NCBI RefSeq assembly: GCF_001997385.1
Contig: NZ_CP019633.1
Location: 330,001-362,000 of the forward strand
DNA from: Sedimentisphaera cyanobacteriorum
GTDB taxonomy: Bacteria; Planctomycetota; Phycisphaerae; Sedimentisphaerales; Sedimentisphaeraceae
Direction of reading: 5' to 3'
DNA: 32,000 nucleotides
Below, piece after piece: positions 26,885 through 32,000 of this stretch; positions within the stretch are counted from its first letter, which is position 1; every line of letters begins with the position of its first letter. The notes below the pieces were generated by a model. That model was not told the DNA's origin. It did no database searches and saw nothing but the letters and a program-made list of their open reading frames with translations. The translations under genes were made by a program, and so were the position numbers.

Positions 26885-28009
26885 TTAGCCCTGCTGCTGG
26901 AGCAGGCCGCGTTCGGTAAGCATAGCTTTGAGGTCCTCCACGACATGGTCAAAGTATTGCTGATAAGATTCGCATAGATAGTTCGGCTGAACGGGGTCTC
27001 CGTTTACAGGGATTCTGTCTTTGGGGCAGCCGCCGCGGCAGATGCTGTGGTGCCGGCAGAGAACGCACTTTTTCGGAAGCTTTGTTTTCCGCTGTCCGAA
27101 GGCCTTTTTCTTCTCACTGCGGGCAATATCCGCAATGTTCTTTTCCATAATATTGCCAAGATCCCAATTGTTTTCTACGAAGAAATCACAGCAGTAGGCC
27201 TCGCCGTTATGCTCTACTACTATATAATCGTCGCAGCGCTTTGCAAAGCTGCAGTTTGTATGCCGGCGGGTGAGCAGATAATTCATAGTTGAATCAAATA
27301 TCCGAACGCTCAGCTTCTCAGGGCCGTACTCTTTCCAGCGGTCGTAAATCCTGCACAAAAAACTCCCGAATTTCTCAGGATCTACGCTGAAATCTGTTAC
27401 CTCTCCAGTTTCCTCGTCGTATTCCACACACGGGACGAACTGCAGGAATTTTATTCCGTGTTCGTGAACGAAGAAATCAAAAATCTCATCCGGGTCCTGA
27501 ACGTTCAGGTTGTTTACCAGCACTAAAATATTGAATTGAACATTATGCCTTTTGCAGCGCTCTATAGATTCTACAACTCTGTCGTATGTACCGTTTCCGC
27601 CTTTGTCCACGCGGTAGTAGTCGTGGTATTTCTTCGGGCCGTCTAAGCTTATCCCAACGAGCCAGCCGTTTTTGCTGAGAAACTCGCACCACTCATCGTC
27701 AAGCAGAATCCCGTTAGTCTGAAGTGAGTTTGTAATCTGCTGGCCGTCTTTGGCGTATTTATTCTCAAATTTATGCAGCTTCTTATAGAAATCCAGCCCC
27801 ATCAAAGTGGGTTCGCCCCCTTGAAAAGCTATGGCATTCATCTCGAATCCTGCACGAAGATAATCACGCACCATAGTTTCCAGCACCTGCTCAGACATCC
27901 TGTGCTTCTGTTCGCCGAAGATGCTGGTTTTGCAGGAGTAGAAACAGTAATGGCAGGCGATATTGCAATCAGGGCCGGCCGGCTTAACTAACAGTGAAAA
28001 TGGGTTCAT
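26885..28009 (-). CDS. Anaerobic sulfatase-maturating enzyme (radical SAM / SPASM)
   Basis: 374 aa. LLVKPAGPDCNIACHYCFY (CX3CX2C) and C-terminal SPASM cysteines (CCDFF.., CVLCRHHSICRGGCPKDR). SD AAGGAAG upstream. Confidence 0.85.
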   Translation of the reverse strand: MNPFSLLVKPAGPDCNIACHYCFYSCKTSIFGEQKHRMSEQVLETMVRDYLRAGFEMNAIAFQGGEPTLMGLDFYKKLHKFENKYAKDGQQITNSLQTNGILLDDEWCEFLSKNGWLVGISLDGPKKYHDYYRVDKGGNGTYDRVVESIERCKRHNVQFNILVLVNNLNVQDPDEIFDFFVHEHGIKFLQFVPCVEYDEETGEVTDFSVDPEKFGSFLCRIYDRWKEYGPEKLSVRIFDSTMNYLLTRRHTNCSFAKRCDDYIVVEHNGEAYCCDFFVENNWDLGNIMEKNIADIARSEKKKAFGQRKTKLPKKCVLCRHHSICRGGCPKDRIPVNGDPVQPNYLCESYQQYFDHVVEDLKAMLTERGLLQQQG

Positions 28010-28113
28010 AGCTGCTTCCTTATTTGTTTTAATGATAATTGCAATTTAATTATACCAATAGCAGCTATTTCTGCAAACAGCTCTTGGTTCGTACTCTTGA
28101 AAATAAGGCTTTT

Positions 28114-29613
28114 TTAATCTCTGGTTATGTATTTCCAGCGGCTTGTCCGGAACGGCTGTGCGGGGTAGTCGTATCTGTTTTCGAGATTCGGCAGTTTCTC
28201 GTTCTCGCTAGTGAGGTTCCAGCCGTATCTGGCAGCTACAGGCTGTTCTACTTCCGGAGCGGAAAGAAGTATCGTATTTCTTTCGATAATAGCGTTTGCC
28301 GGGTGGTAAACTCTGTCTATACCTGCAATCTCAAATCCTTCTACTGCGCCAAATGACTGCGTAGTGAGCCCTCTGCCTACGTTATCAAAAAAGATTCTCA
28401 GCTCATTGCCTTCAATCCTCTTTCTGACGTATGTAGGCCCTTTATGCGGCGTATCCGGGAGACCGTAGTTGTATGCAAGAGCTGTTACAGAGAATCTTCT
28501 TCCCAGCTCCTGGCGATTGTCTTTATCAACATCGTAGCAAACAATAGGTGCAGTATTCTGATATTTTTGCGTTACATCAATCTGTGATTCCCAGAACTCC
28601 GGCATAAATTTCAGCTTTTCATCGGAATAGCCGTCAATCTGCGGCTGAACTGCGTACACGGGAAGCTGCGGGACGTCCCATTTTTCCCGCCAGTCCTCTA
28701 TTAATAGCCCGAGGATAAATCGGTACTGATATGCACGCTGCAGATTAGCATCAGCCTGAAAGAAAAAAGCTCCCTTAATTCTGTACGGAGCTAGGGGGCT
28801 CAGGGTAGAGTTATAGGTGGCCGAAGGCAGGTCTGTGTAGTCGAGATAGCTGGGTTCAGTTGGCCTTTGACCTTCTTCTGTTTCCAGCCACTGTTTGAAT
28901 TCCTCCGAAAATTCTATCTTCTTCCTGCCGTAATCTTCAAGTTTCGGGTATTTCTTTACCACATCAAGCATCTTGCGAGAGGATGTGATTGTTTCTTTGC
29001 TTATCCAAGCCTCTGCCGAACTGGAAGCGCAGGTGGCAGAAATGATGCCTACAGGTCTTCTGAGCTGGTCGAAGAGATGGTCGGCGAAATAGTAAGCCGC
29101 TGCGCTGAAGCTTCCGGTATTCATCCTGTTGGCGGCCTTCCATTTCCCAGCAACCTCTTCTTTCGGTGCTGCAGAAATGCTTTCAGGAGGTGTGAAGAAA
29201 CGTATTTCAGGGCGGTCGGCGTTTTCAATTTCCGCTTCAGCGTTCATTGCCATTGATACCGGCATCTGCATATTTTCATCCCCGCAGCACAGCCACACTT
29301 CGCCAGCAAGCACGTTTTTGATTGCCTTGAATTCGCCCGCTCCGGTAGTAACGGTAAGCTCGAGAGTGTCTCTGCTGGCCTCAGGGGTTTTTATATTTGT
29401 CTTCCATTCCCCCTCGCTGTCTGCTCTTGTCATCTTGGCCATGCCCATCCAAGAGCCCTTTATCTCCACCTTTTCGTATGCAGGGGCCTTCCCCCAAACA
29501 GGTACTGATGAGTCGGCCTGAATTATCATGCCGTTGGAGAACATTGAAGGCAGGCTGATCTCAGCCATAGCCGAAGAAAAAATAACGGAAAAAAGTATAA
29601 ATATGCAGCGCAT
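28114..29613 (-). CDS. Secreted sialate O-acetylesterase (SASA/SGNH) homologue, predicted catalytically inactive
   Basis: 499 aa. Signal peptide present. Collinear with the family along its length (LPSMFSNGMIIQ.., PYRIKGAFFFQ, RAYQYR, EDWREKW, AARYGW, PFRTSRW), but all SGNH blocks are substituted (see finding). SD AAAGGA upstream. Confidence 0.75.
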   Translation of the reverse strand: MRCIFILFSVIFSSAMAEISLPSMFSNGMIIQADSSVPVWGKAPAYEKVEIKGSWMGMAKMTRADSEGEWKTNIKTPEASRDTLELTVTTGAGEFKAIKNVLAGEVWLCCGDENMQMPVSMAMNAEAEIENADRPEIRFFTPPESISAAPKEEVAGKWKAANRMNTGSFSAAAYYFADHLFDQLRRPVGIISATCASSSAEAWISKETITSSRKMLDVVKKYPKLEDYGRKKIEFSEEFKQWLETEEGQRPTEPSYLDYTDLPSATYNSTLSPLAPYRIKGAFFFQADANLQRAYQYRFILGLLIEDWREKWDVPQLPVYAVQPQIDGYSDEKLKFMPEFWESQIDVTQKYQNTAPIVCYDVDKDNRQELGRRFSVTALAYNYGLPDTPHKGPTYVRKRIEGNELRIFFDNVGRGLTTQSFGAVEGFEIAGIDRVYHPANAIIERNTILLSAPEVEQPVAARYGWNLTSENEKLPNLENRYDYPAQPFRTSRWKYITRD

Positions 29614-29729
29614 TTATGTCCTTTATATGAAATTAGGTCTAAAACATTACTGTCTATTGGAAATAATAACATAACAAAGCTTCAAAGCAAGCTTTTAGAG
29701 CGTGAGTTTCTGCGCTGCAATACGAAAAA

Positions 29730-30839
29730 TTACACAATAGAGTTCAGTATATCTATGCCCTGCTTAATCTTCTCGTCTGAGGTGGCATAGCTTATTCTGA
29801 AATGGGTGTCTTTTTCGCTGAAAACGCTGCCCGGGATAATCAGCACATTATTCTCAATAGCCTTTTCCACGAATTCGCTTCCGCTCATTCCGGGAGCCTT
29901 CGGGAACATATAGAATGCCCCTTCAGGTTTTGCAATCTCGAATTTCCCCTTCAGTCCTTCATAGAGCATATCTCTCTTGCGGGCATACGAGGCCACCTTG
30001 TCGCTTATTTCGAAGTCCATAGCCTCGAGAGCTGCATACTGGAACGGGGTTGGAGCGCATACAAATGTGTACTGCTGGAACTTGGTCATCTCATTGAGCA
30101 GACCTTTTAGCTTATCCTGCACCGATACATAAGCCATTCGCCAGCCTGTCATTGCGTAGCTCTTGCTGAATCCGTTCATAAGGATTGTATTTTCCGAGTA
30201 GTCTGCTGCGCTTGGGCAGCGGCCTGAATATGAGAACTTATCGTATATCTCATCGCTCATAATCAGGATGTCTCTGCGGTTTGCGATTTCAGAGACCGCC
30301 TTAACGCATTCCTCGCTGTAAACTGCTCCTGTTGGGTTGGAGGGCGAATTGAGGATGATTATTTTCGTGCGGTCGGTGATTTTTTCTTCAAGCTTTTCGG
30401 GGTCTATCTGAAAATCAGGGTAGGTGTCGAGGTAAATGCAGCTCCCGCCCAGAACGTTTATAATATGCTTGTAGATAACGAAATACGGGTCAGGCACTAT
30501 AACCTCATCGCCCGGGTCTATAGTGGCGAGGAAGGTGAGCAGAAGAGCCCCGCTTACTCCGCTTGCAACGAGCGTGTCCGCCTTATCCCAGCCGTACTTA
30601 CTGCAAACCTCTGTGCTGATCTTTTCGCGAAGTTCAGGTATGCCTGCTGTAAGCGAATATCTGTTCTTGCCCTGATCGATTGCGTCTGCAGCGGCCTTTT
30701 TAATCGGCTGGGGCACATCGAAATCGGGCAGGCCTATAGAGAAGTTTATAGGGTTTTCCAGTTTGGCAGCGAGGTCGAAAACTTTGCGTATCCCGCTGGC
30801 ATCTATCAGACTGCTGCGCTGTGATAAAAAATTATTCAT
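29730..30839 (-). CDS. Class I/II pyridoxal-phosphate-dependent aminotransferase (AspC/AlaA-like)
   Basis: 369 aa. NPSNPTG, the SKSYAMTGWRMAY PLP-lysine motif, and a C-terminal RISYA. SD AAGGAG upstream. Confidence 0.85.
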   Translation of the reverse strand: MNNFLSQRSSLIDASGIRKVFDLAAKLENPINFSIGLPDFDVPQPIKKAAADAIDQGKNRYSLTAGIPELREKISTEVCSKYGWDKADTLVASGVSGALLLTFLATIDPGDEVIVPDPYFVIYKHIINVLGGSCIYLDTYPDFQIDPEKLEEKITDRTKIIILNSPSNPTGAVYSEECVKAVSEIANRRDILIMSDEIYDKFSYSGRCPSAADYSENTILMNGFSKSYAMTGWRMAYVSVQDKLKGLLNEMTKFQQYTFVCAPTPFQYAALEAMDFEISDKVASYARKRDMLYEGLKGKFEIAKPEGAFYMFPKAPGMSGSEFVEKAIENNVLIIPGSVFSEKDTHFRISYATSDEKIKQGIDILNSIV

Positions 30840-30961
30840 TTCTTTGCTCCTTAAAATTTGGCGAAAGTTTTATTTGCGCACAGAAAAGCCGCTTTTCCGC
30901 TAAACAGAAAAACGGCGCCATTTGCATAAGTAAGTGAAGGCTGGAATAGTTCCTCTGGGCT

Positions 30962-31141
30962 CTAGCCTTTCTTCTTGCCGGCTACAACTTTTCTGTTTGA
31001 AACTTTAGGAAGTCCTGTAACGAAGTCGCCTTTTTCCAGACGCCCCTCATCAATAAGCCTTTCAACTCTTTCTGCCCTTGAAAGCACATTTCTGTGTCTG
31101 TTGAGAGCATTAGACACCTTTAAAGAACGATCAACTGACAT
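30962..31141 (-). CDS. Small basic protein (59 aa; resembles the planctomycete/PVC small basic protein family, TIGR04137-like)
   Basis: Below the ORF-track length cut-off. ATG 31141 with SD AAAGGA 6 nt upstream. MSVDRSLKVSNALNRHRNVLSRAERVERLIDEGRLEKGDFVTGLPKVSNRKVVAGKKKG, stop TAG at 30964..30962. Confidence 0.7.
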   Translation of the reverse strand: MSVDRSLKVSNALNRHRNVLSRAERVERLIDEGRLEKGDFVTGLPKVSNRKVVAGKKKG

Positions 31142-31164
31142 TTTCTTATCCTTTTATAAACGTT

Positions 31165-31863
31165 TTAATTCATTTTCCTGCCGTAAGCATCCTGAAAAGG
31201 CGTTGAGCTGAATCTCTCATAGCCTTTTGGAGCGTTATACCCCAAGCCTATTTCTTTTATCTGCTCAAGGTACTGCCGGCCTCGGCTTCCTTCTGAAAAC
31301 CTCTCGAATTTTCTTGCTGTAACGAGAAAATAACGAGAGCCGATTTCAACTATTTTAAGCTGAATCCCGTTGGCTTCGTAATACTTCATTACCGGCTGGA
31401 GGTCTCGCCTGCTTCCGTACGAAGCCACTACAATCCTGTTTGAACCTTCCTGAGAAACCTCTTTCTCAGCTGGTTTTTCAGAACCGGACGGAGAATTATA
31501 CGAATTTTCCTGCTCCTTGTCCAGCAGAGATTCAGAATTTGATTCATTTTTTGTGCTGGTCGGGCTTTCTTTTTGCCCTTCCGCTTGGTAAGTTTCCCCG
31601 GCAGGCTGTTCGGTCTGCCCGGAAGACTTCATATCTATCAGAGAAAATGCAATAAATGCAGAAAGAAATACAACCGCTATCAGCCCTGTGAGATAGAGAA
31701 AGAGCTTTTTATTAGACCTTTCCCCGCTGCTTTGGCTCGTTTGTTTGCCGATGTCTATAGGCTTGCCGGTTTTTATATTAGCCGGCTTGCCCTCGTTCAT
31801 CAGCGAGCCCATACTCCCGCCGAGGGATTCATAAAGCGGTTTTTTATTCCTGTTGGAGGCCAT
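31165..31863 (-). CDS. Bitopic membrane protein with a low-complexity linker and a C-terminal SPOR-like domain
   Basis: 232 aa. One TM helix (LFLYLTGLIAVVFLSAFIAFSLI), an S/E/Q-rich linker, and a C-terminal RIVVASYGSRRDLQPVMKYYEANGIQLKIVEIGSRYFLVTA with a beta-alpha-beta-beta pattern like SPOR domains. Confidence 0.5.
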   Translation of the reverse strand: MASNRNKKPLYESLGGSMGSLMNEGKPANIKTGKPIDIGKQTSQSSGERSNKKLFLYLTGLIAVVFLSAFIAFSLIDMKSSGQTEQPAGETYQAEGQKESPTSTKNESNSESLLDKEQENSYNSPSGSEKPAEKEVSQEGSNRIVVASYGSRRDLQPVMKYYEANGIQLKIVEIGSRYFLVTARKFERFSEGSRGRQYLEQIKEIGLGYNAPKGYERFSSTPFQDAYGRKMN

Positions 31864-31867
31864 TTTC

Positions 31868-32000
31868 TCAGCTTAAATCATAAGTATTAAATGAGGCTCT
31901 TTCGTTTATCCCCAGTTTTTCAGGGCCTTCGGGAGTCTTTGCAGGGTATCCTATAGGAAGGATCACTCTTGCAATTTTGTTCTTCGGAACGCCCAGAATC
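31868..32000 (-). CDS. 3' end of a nitroreductase-family gene (continues off the right edge)
   Basis: Minus-strand frame reads ..ILGVPKNKIARVILPIGYPAKTPEGPEKLGINERASFNTYDLS*, which resembles a nitroreductase-family C-terminus (G.P.....v.llp.GYPa). Stop at 31870..31868. Confidence 0.45.
   Translation of the reverse strand, partial: ILGVPKNKIARVILPIGYPAKTPEGPEKLGINERASFNTYDLS

Overview
This is a chromosomal window from a bacterium that uses Shine-Dalgarno sites (AAGGAG-type sites precede most starts). I infer Planctomycetota/PVC, probably a Phycisphaerae-like anaerobe, from gene content only: a 23S-5S operon unlinked from 16S, a planctomycete-type small basic protein, a dockerin-like secreted protein, an anaerobic sulfatase maturase and many CAZymes. 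Left to right: the 5' end of a secreted-protein gene (-, 1-68); a ~570-bp repeat island bounded by a perfect 22-bp inverted repeat; hflK-hflC-fumarate hydratase beta (+); a clan GH-A glycosidase (+); a short STAS-like DUF4325 ORF and a YqaA/DedA membrane protein (-); an orphan glycyl-radical-enzyme activase (+); a GH51 arabinofuranosidase-araB-araD operon (+); a secreted dockerin-like protein (+). Next is a minus-strand rRNA operon (promoter, boxA, tRNA-Ile, tRNA-Ala, boxA, 23S, 5S, terminator) with no 16S gene. Then come an exported CIA30-MsrB-MsrA fusion (+), accA-hpt (+), and a second repeat island interrupted by an intact IS3-family (IS407-like) element with a 4-bp target duplication. After that: a MATE transporter, an unrecognised polytopic/helical-repeat membrane protein and the Kdo transferase waaA (+). 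The window ends with a minus-strand string: anaerobic sulfatase maturase, a sialate O-acetylesterase homologue with all SGNH catalytic blocks substituted, a class-I aminotransferase, a 59-aa small basic protein missing from the ORF track, a SPOR-like membrane protein, and the 3' end of a nitroreductase-family gene. I found no CRISPR array and no recognisable defence or toxin system. The most unusual signal is non-coding. Two intergenic islands are built from modules of 2-3 tandem 9-bp units (core YNTYNGTGS, last unit ending GTGG) plus an A/T-rich tail. In island B the modules sit in mirror orientation. They are mixed with conserved hairpins, and one module type carries a perfect DnaA-box 9-mer. 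I do not recognise this as a named repeat family.
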